Source: a bacterium (GTDB taxonomy: Bacteria; Bacillota; Clostridia; Lachnospirales; Lachnospiraceae). Taken from it: a DNA stretch of 64,000 nucleotides. This document shows, piece by piece, positions 26,493 to 35,571 of this stretch. A model generated the notes under the pieces. That model was not told the DNA's origin. It saw nothing but the letters and a program-made list of their open reading frames with translations, and searched no databases. Location: positions 16,384-80,383 of the forward strand of contig JAMPAG010000003.1 in assembly GCA_023667365.1 (NCBI GenBank), in the 5' to 3' direction. Each line of letters opens with the position of its first letter. The first letter of the stretch is position 1. A program made the position numbers and the translations under genes.

Positions 26493-27185
26493 TTAGTATC
26501 GCCTCATGTCTTCTATCAATATGGCAAACGTCACCTTACACATATAGTAAATGCTTTTTGTAAAGGAGATCGAGGATTTCCCGTTCTCGCGCTCCCGCAT
26601 TTTTACAGGCGCTTCCTCCACCCGTTTTCCCTGCCGCAGCAGGCAGACGACGCTCTCCGGCTCAGGATAGTCCTTCGGATAATTCTCGGCAAACGTCTCT
26701 ATGACATCGCGGTTCGCCATCCGCATGCCCGATGTGGGGTCCGTGATCTTTTTTCCGGTTGAGATCCGGATGAGTTTCGCAAAATAACGGATTCCCAGCC
26801 GTCTCATTCCGGATGACTGGAAACCCTCATGCATGAGGAACCGGGAACCGATCACCATATCCAGCTTCTCCTGTATGAGTTTTTCGCGCATCTTTGCCAG
26901 ATAAGCGGCGTCATGCTGCCCGTCGCCGTCGAACTGCACCGCCACATCATATCCGTTCTGCTTTGCATAACGGTACCCCGTCTGCACTGCACCGCCAATC
27001 CCCAGATTCACGGGCAGATTTAAGACATGCAGTCCCTCTTCCCTGCACAGCGCGAGCGTACTGTCCCGGGAACAGTCGTTGATGATGATATAATCAAAAT
27101 CAGGCGCGTTCTTCTGAATATCCCGCACCGTCTTTACGATATTTTGTTCTTCATTATATGCCGGTATCATGACAAGACTTTTCAT
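26493..27185 (-). CDS. Family 2 glycosyltransferase (DPM1-like, DUF2304-associated)
   Basis: MKSLVMIPAYNEEQNIVKTVRDI...IIINDCSRDST...QFDGDGQHD. AGGAGAAGG RBS. Confidence 0.85.
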   Translation of the reverse strand: MKSLVMIPAYNEEQNIVKTVRDIQKNAPDFDYIIINDCSRDSTLALCREEGLHVLNLPVNLGIGGAVQTGYRYAKQNGYDVAVQFDGDGQHDAAYLAKMREKLIQEKLDMVIGSRFLMHEGFQSSGMRRLGIRYFAKLIRISTGKKITDPTSGMRMANRDVIETFAENYPKDYPEPESVVCLLRQGKRVEEAPVKMRERENGKSSISFTKSIYYMCKVTFAILIEDMRRY

Positions 27186-27212
27186 CTGCCTTCTCCTATG
27201 CGCCGGAATCGT

Positions 27213-27947
27213 TCACAAGAACTGCTTCAGCACCCTGAGCGTCCTGCACAGATCCGTAAACCAGGCAAAGCGGATCCCGTTCTCTTTGAGCGCGCGGTGC
27301 CCTTCTTTCAAAGATAACAGATATGCAGAAAGCCCCTGATTGCTTGTCCCGCCGTAATTCATGCGGATGAGTACCTCCGGGACATAGGCAAGGCGCACCT
27401 GCCCGTCCTTTAAGCAGCGCACCATAAATTCATAATCGGCGGAAATGCGGTAATCCGTCCGATAAAGACCGTAGCGTTCGTACACTTCACGACGCAGATA
27501 AAACGTCGGATGTCCCGGCATCCAGCCGAAACGCAGACGCCCCTGTCCCTGTCTCCATTTCCTCACAATCTTACCGTCCCTGCAATAATCAAGATCGGCA
27601 TGTACGCCGTCCGTATGCGCCTCCTCCATTGCAGAAACAAGCCTGCGCACCGCATAGGGTTCCGTCAGTTCGTCAAAGCAGCAGCCGATCACATCGCCAT
27701 GCGCCATGCGGATTCCTTTGTTGATCGCATCATAAATCCCCTCGTCCGGCTCGGAGCAGATCTTCATCCGCTCCCCAAACCATTCTTTTGCCGCCGCAAG
27801 AACCTGCGGTGTCCGATCCGTGGATGCGCCGTCCACTACAATGTATTCCAATTCCGCATAGTCCTGCCTCCTGACGCATTCAATGATCCGCTCTAAATGA
27901 TCCGCATCGTTATATGTAGCTGTAATGATCGAAACCTTAAGTCCCAT
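27213..27947 (-). CDS. Family 2 glycosyltransferase (WcaA-like)
   Basis: MGLKVSIITATYNDADHLERIIECVRRQDYAELEYIVVDGASTDRT. Start is either ATG 27947 or TTG 27953. Confidence 0.85.
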   Translation of the reverse strand: MGLKVSIITATYNDADHLERIIECVRRQDYAELEYIVVDGASTDRTPQVLAAAKEWFGERMKICSEPDEGIYDAINKGIRMAHGDVIGCCFDELTEPYAVRRLVSAMEEAHTDGVHADLDYCRDGKIVRKWRQGQGRLRFGWMPGHPTFYLRREVYERYGLYRTDYRISADYEFMVRCLKDGQVRLAYVPEVLIRMNYGGTSNQGLSAYLLSLKEGHRALKENGIRFAWFTDLCRTLRVLKQFL

Positions 27948-28006
27948 AACCAAAGTGCCCTCTTTGTTCTTCTCAAGTCAACGTTCGATCTTTTCCGAGT
28001 GTCTCC

Positions 28007-28035
28007 ATCATATCACAATCCACGTTTATTTTCAA
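28007..28035 (-). promoter_or_regulatory. Internal promoter in front of the GT2/GT2/DUF2304/GT4 block
   Basis: Minus strand TTGAAA-17 nt-TATGAT, in the 130-nt gap after the DUF2142 gene. Confidence 0.45.
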
Positions 28036-28078
28036 TGAGGGCGGAGTCGGAGAACCCCTCCGCCTCCCGATGTTCTCT

Positions 28079-29926
28079 TTACAAGTAATAGGGTACGATC
28101 CCCAGCCTCCAGTTACAATAAAGAAGCAGCGCCGCCATGATACCGAACAAAATCTGGCCATACCGCTCCTCGCCCCATTTCCACACAAACCTGCCGTTCA
28201 AGAAGCAGGCAAAAAACGGAAACAGCACCGGTGTGAAATACCGGTCCTGCACACCGACGATCGCATCGCTGCCAACCGCATTGAAAGACATATAAAGAAC
28301 CGTCCACACAACGGCGGACATGCCGAATACCATCACCGCAAAGCATACGATATGACCCGCCTTCATCCGGCTGCGCTGCTCCGACCTGCAGCCGACGAGC
28401 GCCGCAAACGCCGCCGTGCCAAAAAAGATCCATGTGCAAAGCGTGCCGGGCGTACTCATATACGCATACATCAAAAACTGGTCCTTCCCCGTAAACCAAT
28501 CCGCGACCCGCCCAAACATGGTGGTAAGCAGCAGCCGCGCATAAGAAAACGGCGCGCCGAAAATATGCTTTAACTGCCCAAGCATATTCGTTCCCTCCAT
28601 GCGCGTATCTCCCGCGTGAGAAAGCGTCTCCATCGCAGAACCGCCAGCCGCGGATTTGGCGAGGATCTCATACATCATGCATGCGCACAGCAGCGTCAAC
28701 ACCCCGCGGAACAGCCACGCGGCACGCTTTGACGGAAATTTCTCATTTCCCAAAAACAGCAATAAAAGCCCCATCAAAATATAAACCGGCTTCGCATAAC
28801 TGCCGATAATGAGGCAGATCAGGACCGCCGCCGCCCTGCGCGGACGCAGCCTCTCCTTCGGCGCAAAAAACTCATTTGCCGTCAGAACCATGCCCAGCAG
28901 CAAAAAGCTGTTCACACAGGCGTCATAGCAGAACTGCGATGCCGAAAAAATACTGTTCGGCAAAAGCGCAATCACTGCGACAAGTCCTTTTCCCTGCCTT
29001 GCTGTCCGGACTGCAAAAAAACACACGATCGTATACAAAAGCAGATTCCCGAACTTACCGAGCATCAGCATTGCCGCAAGCGGCAGTTTCAGCATTCTGC
29101 CGATCGCGATCATGAGCGCCATCGGCAGATAGGCGCGCCTGTCATAATAAACCATTTTGGTCTGCCGATAGACATCCGCGCTATCATAATCATGGATCCC
29201 CTGTAAATACTCCTCCACTGCCGTGCGCTCCCAACGATTTTGAAAATGCGGCGCGCGCAGTGACTTTAGCTCCAGAATCGCCTCCGTATCATAGACCGTT
29301 CCGACAAACGAAAGATTCCACGCCTTACTGATATGCGTCTGCTCGTCATAACTGATCTGATTCGTCCCCGTCATCAGGATCAGATGCATTCCCGCTGCCA
29401 GCGCGATCACCGCAAACGCATATTCCGGCCTCTTTGCCATAAACCGGCGCCCCAGCCATAAAAATGCCGCCAATCCGAATGCGGTGCAGAAAAATAACAT
29501 GCGATATGGACTCCACTCCACAAAATTGGCGGCTGTGAGCGTACCTTCTGAAGCCGGTGCGCATGAAAGCGTCAGCACAAGTCCTGCCGCCTGCGTGCGC
29601 AGATTGAGTACGCTTGCTTTCAGCTTCGGCGAAATCGTCCCCGTCCACGCAGAAAGCTCACCACCCTGCTCATCCAGCAATACCAGCTGATAGTCCACAT
29701 CCTCCTCAAACTCGGCTGCAATCCGCACGGTTTTCACATAACAGGTTTCCCCCAATTCCAGAACAGTACCGGTGCCGCCGGCTTCTATAGGACTCTGCGC
29801 CTCATAATTTTTTCCGAACAATGCGTGTGCGTTAAAAAAGAACAGCTCCGCCAGCACGGAAAGCAGAAGCACTGCCGCTGCGGCTGCAGAAACGTGTAAC
29901 GCCCGGATCCTCTGCGTTTTCTTCAT
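28079..29926 (-). CDS. DUF2142 polytopic membrane protein (GT-C-like glycosyltransferase candidate)
   Basis: 615 aa. N-terminal TM, then an extracytoplasmic domain, then more than 10 TM segments. ISYDEQTHISKAW motif. Genomic association with GT2 + DUF2304. ATGA overlap with the upstream gene. Confidence 0.6.
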   Translation of the reverse strand: MKKTQRIRALHVSAAAAAVLLLSVLAELFFFNAHALFGKNYEAQSPIEAGGTGTVLELGETCYVKTVRIAAEFEEDVDYQLVLLDEQGGELSAWTGTISPKLKASVLNLRTQAAGLVLTLSCAPASEGTLTAANFVEWSPYRMLFFCTAFGLAAFLWLGRRFMAKRPEYAFAVIALAAGMHLILMTGTNQISYDEQTHISKAWNLSFVGTVYDTEAILELKSLRAPHFQNRWERTAVEEYLQGIHDYDSADVYRQTKMVYYDRRAYLPMALMIAIGRMLKLPLAAMLMLGKFGNLLLYTIVCFFAVRTARQGKGLVAVIALLPNSIFSASQFCYDACVNSFLLLGMVLTANEFFAPKERLRPRRAAAVLICLIIGSYAKPVYILMGLLLLFLGNEKFPSKRAAWLFRGVLTLLCACMMYEILAKSAAGGSAMETLSHAGDTRMEGTNMLGQLKHIFGAPFSYARLLLTTMFGRVADWFTGKDQFLMYAYMSTPGTLCTWIFFGTAAFAALVGCRSEQRSRMKAGHIVCFAVMVFGMSAVVWTVLYMSFNAVGSDAIVGVQDRYFTPVLFPFFACFLNGRFVWKWGEERYGQILFGIMAALLLYCNWRLGIVPYYL

Positions 29927-30582
29927 CGCCGCACCTCTCTCTCCCCCGCATTCCCCATGGTCAGCGCAACGCAGACCAGCAACAGGCAGATCAGCTTCGC
30001 GTCAAACAGCAGCGGATAGGTATCCCGCTCGCAGGCATAATACAGTAACAGATCGCCCCCATAGGCCTCTCCGTTTACAACCGTAAGACACTCATCCAGA
30101 TCCCTGTCCGTCGCGATCAGCAGCGGATAGACCGGCTCTCCCTCCGCCGGTACATAGCGGATGGCAAAAACCAGTTCCCCGGCCAGCTCCTCCTCATGGG
30201 ACAGCGCCACATACGTGTGGCCTCTGCGCAATTCCGTATTCAGCGCCGCGGTTCCCTGCCCCGCATACACCTGCTCCCCGTTTTCCGTCATCTGCCAGAC
30301 ATCCACAACGATCACGCCCGCCGGGCAGCTCTCCGCCCCCCAGTCGAGACAGGGATGCACGCCGCTCAGACGGCCTCCCTCAACCGAAAAAGAAAAGAGC
30401 ACCGTCGTCTCCGGCGTCAGCAGGATCTCCGTTTCCCGTTCGTCCTCCTCCAAGGTCACATGGTACTCTACAATGTCATAGGCGGTCTTAGGAAACAGCG
30501 TGCTGCACACAAAGACAAGCGCCGCCAACGCCGCGCCTGTCCATGTCCATATTTTTTTCTTTTGCAGGATCCAGTCTCTCAT
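29923..30582 (-). CDS. Bitopic membrane protein of unknown function (N- and C-terminal TM segments, ~150-aa extracytoplasmic domain)
   Basis: AAGAGGA RBS. Starts 9 nt after the leuA stop. Translationally coupled (ATGA) to the DUF2142 gene. No motif recognised. Confidence 0.5.
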   Translation of the reverse strand: MRDWILQKKKIWTWTGAALAALVFVCSTLFPKTAYDIVEYHVTLEEDERETEILLTPETTVLFSFSVEGGRLSGVHPCLDWGAESCPAGVIVVDVWQMTENGEQVYAGQGTAALNTELRRGHTYVALSHEEELAGELVFAIRYVPAEGEPVYPLLIATDRDLDECLTVVNGEAYGGDLLLYYACERDTYPLLFDAKLICLLLVCVALTMGNAGEREVRR

Positions 30583-30590
30583 ACGTCCTC

Positions 30591-32270
30591 TTACTTCTTT
30601 CCCAGCTCCAGTCTGTTGACCGCCGAGAAGATCGCGCGTACCGATGCGCGGGTAATATTGGAGCTGACGCCGACGCCATATGTGACACGTCCGTCATCTG
30701 CGCTCAAGAGATGAATATATGCCGCCGCCTGAGAATTGGAACCGCTCTGTAATGCGTGCTCCTCATAATCAAGAATCTTGATCGAAACGCCAAGCTTCTC
30801 CTGCAAGCCGCGCTGTACCGCATCAAGCGGCCCGTTTCCGACCGCCGTATAGGTCTTTTCCTCCCCGTGATCCGTATAAATAACCGTCACCTGCGTGTCA
30901 AACTGCGACTCGGTCTCACCGCTCAGATCGTCCACTTTCAGCTTACGGAAATGAATCGGCTCCTTTTGGTTGAGATACTCCCTGCGAAAGTTCTCCATGA
31001 TCAGATCCGGCGATACCTCACCCTGTTTCTCCGAAATTTCCTGAATCACATTGGCAAATTCACGCTGCATCCCCTTCGGCAGCTTAAACCCAAAATAGGT
31101 ATCCATAACGAACGCAACGCCGCCCTTACCCGACTGCGAATTGATGCGCACGATCGGCTCGTATTCCCTGCCAATATCCGCCGGATCAATCGGCAGATAA
31201 GGAACTTCCCAATATTCATTTCCGCGTTCTTTCATCGCCTTGACGCCCTTGTTGATTGCATCCTGATGAGAACCGGAAAACGCCGTAAACACAAGTTTTC
31301 CTGCATAGGGATGACGCGGATGGATCGGGATCTTGCAGCAGCGCTCATAGATCTCGATACTTTCATTCACATGCTCGATCTGTAATTTGGGATCAATCCC
31401 CTGCGAAAACATATTATAGGCAAGATTCATCACATCCACATTTCCCGTGCGCTCGCCGTTTCCGAACAGCGTGCCCTCTACGCGCTCCGCACCCGCAAGC
31501 ATCGCAAGCTCCGCCGAGGCGACGCCGGTTCCCCTGTCGTTATGGGGATGCACGCTTAAAATAATACTCTCCCGGTCCTGAAAATGCTTATTCATCCACT
31601 CGATCCGGTCCGCAAACACATTCGGCGTCGTCATCTCCACCGTAGAGGGAAGATTGATGATCATGGGATTCTCTTTTGTCGCGCCCCACGTCTCCTGTAC
31701 CGCCGTGCAGATCTCAAGCGCATAATCCAGTTCCGTCCCTGTAAAGCTTTCCGGAGAATATTCTAAAATGATCTTTCCCGGGAAATCCGCCGCATGCTGT
31801 TTTACCCACTTGGTACCCTGCACCGCGATCTGTGTGATCTCATCGCGGTTCATGCCGAATACCACGTCCCGCTGCAAAGTGGATGTCGAATTGTAAATAT
31901 GCACAACCGCCTGCGAACATCCCTCAATGGACTCAAACGTGCGCGCGATCTGTTCCTCGCGGCACTGAGAGAGCACCTGTACCCTGACATCATCAGGAAT
32001 CAGCCTGCGTTCCACAAGCTGGCGTAAAAAATCATATTCGATCTGGCTTGCCGCCGGAAAACCGATCTCAATCTCCTTAAATCCCAGCTTCACAAGATAC
32101 TCAAACATTTCGATCTTCTCACCAACGACCATCGGATCGATGAGCGCCTGATTTCCGTCGCGCAGATCGACGCTGCACCAGATCGGCGCTTTCTCAATCT
32201 GCCGGTTCGGCCATTCTCTTTCCGGGTAATCGACCACCGGATTTCTCTTGTAACGCTGATAATGTAACAT
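30591..32270 (-). CDS. leuA: 2-isopropylmalate synthase (long, actinobacterial-type LeuA)
   Basis: PIWCSVDLRDGNQALIDPM, HPHNDRGTGVASAELAMLAGAERVEGTLFGNGERTGN, C-terminal LeuA dimerisation/regulatory domain. GGAGGT RBS. Confidence 0.93.
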   Translation of the reverse strand: MLHYQRYKRNPVVDYPEREWPNRQIEKAPIWCSVDLRDGNQALIDPMVVGEKIEMFEYLVKLGFKEIEIGFPAASQIEYDFLRQLVERRLIPDDVRVQVLSQCREEQIARTFESIEGCSQAVVHIYNSTSTLQRDVVFGMNRDEITQIAVQGTKWVKQHAADFPGKIILEYSPESFTGTELDYALEICTAVQETWGATKENPMIINLPSTVEMTTPNVFADRIEWMNKHFQDRESIILSVHPHNDRGTGVASAELAMLAGAERVEGTLFGNGERTGNVDVMNLAYNMFSQGIDPKLQIEHVNESIEIYERCCKIPIHPRHPYAGKLVFTAFSGSHQDAINKGVKAMKERGNEYWEVPYLPIDPADIGREYEPIVRINSQSGKGGVAFVMDTYFGFKLPKGMQREFANVIQEISEKQGEVSPDLIMENFRREYLNQKEPIHFRKLKVDDLSGETESQFDTQVTVIYTDHGEEKTYTAVGNGPLDAVQRGLQEKLGVSIKILDYEEHALQSGSNSQAAAYIHLLSADDGRVTYGVGVSSNITRASVRAIFSAVNRLELGKK

Positions 32271-32315
32271 GCTTTCTTACCTCCATTTTTGTTATTGTAA
32301 CCTTTGCTTCTCTAT

Positions 32316-32442
32316 GATAAGCAGACGTGAAATGCTTCGCATTCCACGCTCGCGTTGCTCGCCGCAAAGCATTTCCTGCGCCTCCGCTCGTGCAAGCACG
32401 GCAGACGCTCCGGAAACACTTTGCTTCTTAAGCTTATCGCGC
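32316..32442 (-). repeat. ~127-nt structured intergenic repeat, copy B (full length, imperfect terminal inverted repeats GATAAGC...GCTTATC)
   Basis: gataagcagacgtgaaatgcttcgcattccacgctcgcgttgctcgccgcaaagcatttcc...cgtgcaagcacg...ggaaacactttgcttcttaagcttatcgcgc. It fills the ptsH-terminator to leuA-RBS gap. Confidence 0.8.
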
Positions 32443-32474
32443 AAATAAAATCAGCCCGAAGCATTTCGGGCTGA
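32443..32474 (-). terminator. Intrinsic terminator of ptsH
   Basis: Sense strand CAGCCCGAA atgc TTCGGGCTG followed by ATTTTATTT. Confidence 0.7.
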
Positions 32475-32486
32475 CAGCATTGCGGT

Positions 32487-32750
32487 TTATTCTCCAAGAC
32501 CACTTTCGATCGCGTTCACAAGCGTCTTTAACGCCTCTTCTTCATCTTCACCCTCACAGGTGAACTCGATCTCATCACCACATTTTACACATGCGCCGAG
32601 CACGCTCAGCACACTTTTTGCATTCGCTGTATTTTCCCGAAAGGTAAATGTAATCAACGATTTGAACTGCATAGCTTCCTTGCATAGGATGCCGGCAGGT
32701 CTTAGGTGTAGTCCCGTCGGATTTTTAATAACTACCTTCTGGCTTACCAT
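32487..32750 (-). CDS. ptsH: Phosphocarrier protein HPr
   Basis: 87 aa. GLH(15)LRPA and AKS(46)VLSVLG are both present. Confidence 0.88.
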   Translation of the reverse strand: MVSQKVVIKNPTGLHLRPAGILCKEAMQFKSLITFTFRENTANAKSVLSVLGACVKCGDEIEFTCEGEDEEEALKTLVNAIESGLGE

Positions 32751-32825
32751 AATTGTTATACCTCCACTTCTGTCTTCTTCCGAGCCGAATCGACCATAAC
32801 CCCCACGATTACTGTCAATATGACT

Positions 32826-32854
32826 AGTATAGCATTTTCACAGAGCAATCACAA
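32826..32854 (-). promoter_or_regulatory. Sigma-A-type promoter for ptsH
   Basis: Minus strand TTGTGA-17 nt-(TGC)TATACT. Confidence 0.5.
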
Positions 32855-32906
32855 GCCTTTCTTTTGTCAATGCGGTCAACGCAGCATAAGCCCGCCATAA
32901 TCCGCC

Positions 32907-34256
32907 TTACAACATAATGTTCTGAATCAGATCGGCAAGCTTCTTCGCCTCCCTCTCGATCATCGCCTGATCCTTTCCCTCGATCATCACACGCACAAGC
33001 GGCTCCGTTCCGGACGGGCGGATCAACACCCTGCCCTCCCCCTCGAACGTCGCGTTCAGCTTTTCGATCGCCGCCGCGATTTCGGGATACTCCATATAGC
33101 TTTCTTTTTTGTGATTCGGAACCTTCGCATTGACCAGCGCCTGCGGAAGCACTTCCATGACCGACGCCAATTCGGACAGCGGCTTTCCTGTCTCCACGAG
33201 TACCTGCAGAAGATGCAGCGCGCTTAACAGACCGTCCCCTGTTGTATTTTCATCCAAAAAGATAATGTGCCCGGACTGCTCTCCGCCCAAATTCGCCCCG
33301 ATTTCCTTCATGCGTTCCAGCACATAGCGGTCGCCCACCTTCGTCTGCTCAAGCGCAATACCGCGTTCCTTCGCCATCAGGGTAAATCCGAGATTGCTCA
33401 TGACCGTCACCACGATCATGTTCTTTTTTAACGTCCCGGTATCCTTCATATGATTTCCGACGATCGCCATGATCTGATCTCCGTCCACCACTCTTCCGTT
33501 TTCATCCACTGCGAGCAGGCGGTCGGCATCACCGTCAAATGCAAGCCCCAGCGCCGCCTTTTCATAGACAACGCGCGCCTTCAGTTCCTCTAAATGCGTG
33601 GAACCGCAATTGGCATTGATATTTGTTCCGTCGGGATTGTTGTGGATCGCAACGATATTGCCGCCGAGCTCCTTCAACGCTTCCACGGACGTATAGAACG
33701 CAGCTCCCTCCGCGCAGTCCACGACAATCTTCATACCGTCCAGCTTTACCGGCACCGACTGAACCGCATGATTGATATACTCCTCGCGCGCATCCGTCCG
33801 GTATTTGATCTTTCCGACCGAAGAACCTGTCGGAAACTTCACGCCCCTCATATCGGAACGGATCAGATTCTCGATCTCGTCCTCCAGCGAATCCGGCAGC
33901 TTATAGCCGTTTCCGTCAAAAAATTTAATGCCGTTAAACTCCACCGGATTATGGGATGCGGAAATCACGACTCCTGCATCCACCTTATATTTTCTTGTCA
34001 GATATGCGATCGCCGGCGTCGGGATCACGCCGACATAAACCGCATTTGCCCCGACGGAACACGCGCCCGCCATCAGCGCGTTTGCAAGCATATCCCCCGA
34101 TATTCTCGTATCGCAGCCGACCATGATCGTCGGTTTGTGGTCACGCTCCTTTGTCAGTACATAGGCTCCCGCCTGCCCCAGCTGCATTGCCAAAAGCGGC
34201 GTCAACTCCTCATTTGCAACCCCTCTCACGCCATCCGTGCCAAACAATCTTGCCAT
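32907..34256 (-). CDS. glmM: Phosphoglucosamine mutase
   Basis: Start at MARLFGTDGVRGVANEELTP (ATG 34256). VISASHNP (active-site Ser), FDGDADR, GGEQSGH. Confidence 0.95.
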   Translation of the reverse strand: MARLFGTDGVRGVANEELTPLLAMQLGQAGAYVLTKERDHKPTIMVGCDTRISGDMLANALMAGACSVGANAVYVGVIPTPAIAYLTRKYKVDAGVVISASHNPVEFNGIKFFDGNGYKLPDSLEDEIENLIRSDMRGVKFPTGSSVGKIKYRTDAREEYINHAVQSVPVKLDGMKIVVDCAEGAAFYTSVEALKELGGNIVAIHNNPDGTNINANCGSTHLEELKARVVYEKAALGLAFDGDADRLLAVDENGRVVDGDQIMAIVGNHMKDTGTLKKNMIVVTVMSNLGFTLMAKERGIALEQTKVGDRYVLERMKEIGANLGGEQSGHIIFLDENTTGDGLLSALHLLQVLVETGKPLSELASVMEVLPQALVNAKVPNHKKESYMEYPEIAAAIEKLNATFEGEGRVLIRPSGTEPLVRVMIEGKDQAMIEREAKKLADLIQNIML

Positions 34257-34281
34257 GTTGATCCAAATCCTTTCCGCGTCT

Positions 34282-35571
34282 CTATTCCTCTTCTTCTTCC
34301 TCCACGATCTTTGTGAGCTCGATGGACACATATAACCGCTGTATCTGCGTCACACGCTCCGGCATCGTGAATATGGCTTCCATGGAATAAACGCCGTCCG
34401 CAGGTTCATATACGCCCTGCTGTTCAAAATAAGCCGTCAGATCAATCTCGCCGACAAAGCTTCCCTCGTCCACATCCGCCATCACCGTCGGTATCGCCCT
34501 GACGCCGATGGAAGCGCCGCTGTAATTCACCAGCGTATATTCATAGCCCTCAGGCACATTGAGAATGCGGACCCTTCCTTCCGGAATCGGGATATAAGTC
34601 GTCTCTAACGGCTCGATCTCCACCATGACGCCCAGCAGTCCCGTATGCTCTTCATCCGCGATCACAACGCCGGCGGGCAGATAATCCTCCACCGATATGA
34701 GCACATTTAAGGAATCCGTCTGTCCCGTCAGGTTGAGCTCCTCCGCTGGGATCTCAATACTTGAGATCGTATCAAGGACATTCTGCGCCCCCGCGATCCG
34801 GATTCTGTCATAGGTTCCTATAATCCTGCCTGTCGGTTCATATCCATCCGCAGGTACACCGGACGTACGATAGGTAAACGGCACGCTCTTTGTCGCCAGA
34901 ATCGAAACCTTCACCTCAACGGACGTGATATTCAGCTGGATACTGCTATCCTCCACCCGGTTGCCCGCGGCGTCATAAAGAACAAGGCTCGCCGTGGTGC
35001 TCACGTCGCTCGTCATATTTGTCACATCCACGACCGCCTGCACGGACTCAACCTTCTCGATCACGGACTCCGGTCCTCTGAGACGCACAACCGTCTGACC
35101 TGCCGTCACACTTCCCGTCAGATACCCCTCCTCAGGCGTACCGGTCGTAGAAATCTGGATCTGGAGCTGCTTTTGTCTGACATCCTCGATATTCAATTTC
35201 AAAAATTCCGTATTGGAACTGATGCTGTCAATCTGATTGCTGTAACGGTTGCTCGAAAGCTTGATCGTCACCATATTGGTCACGCTGACCTCGGAAAGAT
35301 CGGCGACCGCCTGGATATTATCGCGGTCAAGCTGGTCTAACACGGATCGCTTTGCCCGCACCGTCACATTGACCATGTTCGTATTGTCCAATATCTGGTA
35401 CACCTTTCCCTCATCGGTGATGGCGTCCGTATTGGTCAGTTCCACCGGAATCCCGATAAACCTCTGCTCATCAATCGGATCGTTGATGTTCATCACGATC
35501 AGCCATAGGATCGACGCACAAATGACTGACAGAAACTTCAATCCGAGATTTTGTGTTAGCCATTTTTTCAT
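34282..35571 (-). CDS. cdaR: YbbR-domain protein, CdaA regulator
   Basis: N-terminal TM (LKFLSVICASILWLIVMNINDPI) followed by repeated YbbR-like beta domains. Sits between cdaA and glmM as in Bacillus. Overlaps the cdaA stop. Confidence 0.85.
   Translation of the reverse strand: MKKWLTQNLGLKFLSVICASILWLIVMNINDPIDEQRFIGIPVELTNTDAITDEGKVYQILDNTNMVNVTVRAKRSVLDQLDRDNIQAVADLSEVSVTNMVTIKLSSNRYSNQIDSISSNTEFLKLNIEDVRQKQLQIQISTTGTPEEGYLTGSVTAGQTVVRLRGPESVIEKVESVQAVVDVTNMTSDVSTTASLVLYDAAGNRVEDSSIQLNITSVEVKVSILATKSVPFTYRTSGVPADGYEPTGRIIGTYDRIRIAGAQNVLDTISSIEIPAEELNLTGQTDSLNVLISVEDYLPAGVVIADEEHTGLLGVMVEIEPLETTYIPIPEGRVRILNVPEGYEYTLVNYSGASIGVRAIPTVMADVDEGSFVGEIDLTAYFEQQGVYEPADGVYSMEAIFTMPERVTQIQRLYVSIELTKIVEEEEEE

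Noticed and set aside
32271-32486. T-box riboswitch or leucine leader peptide upstream of leuA.
   Set aside because: No AGAGA/GNUGGNA-type T-box core, no specifier loop with a Leu codon, and no Leu-rich small ORF. The region is explained by the ptsH terminator plus repeat copy B.
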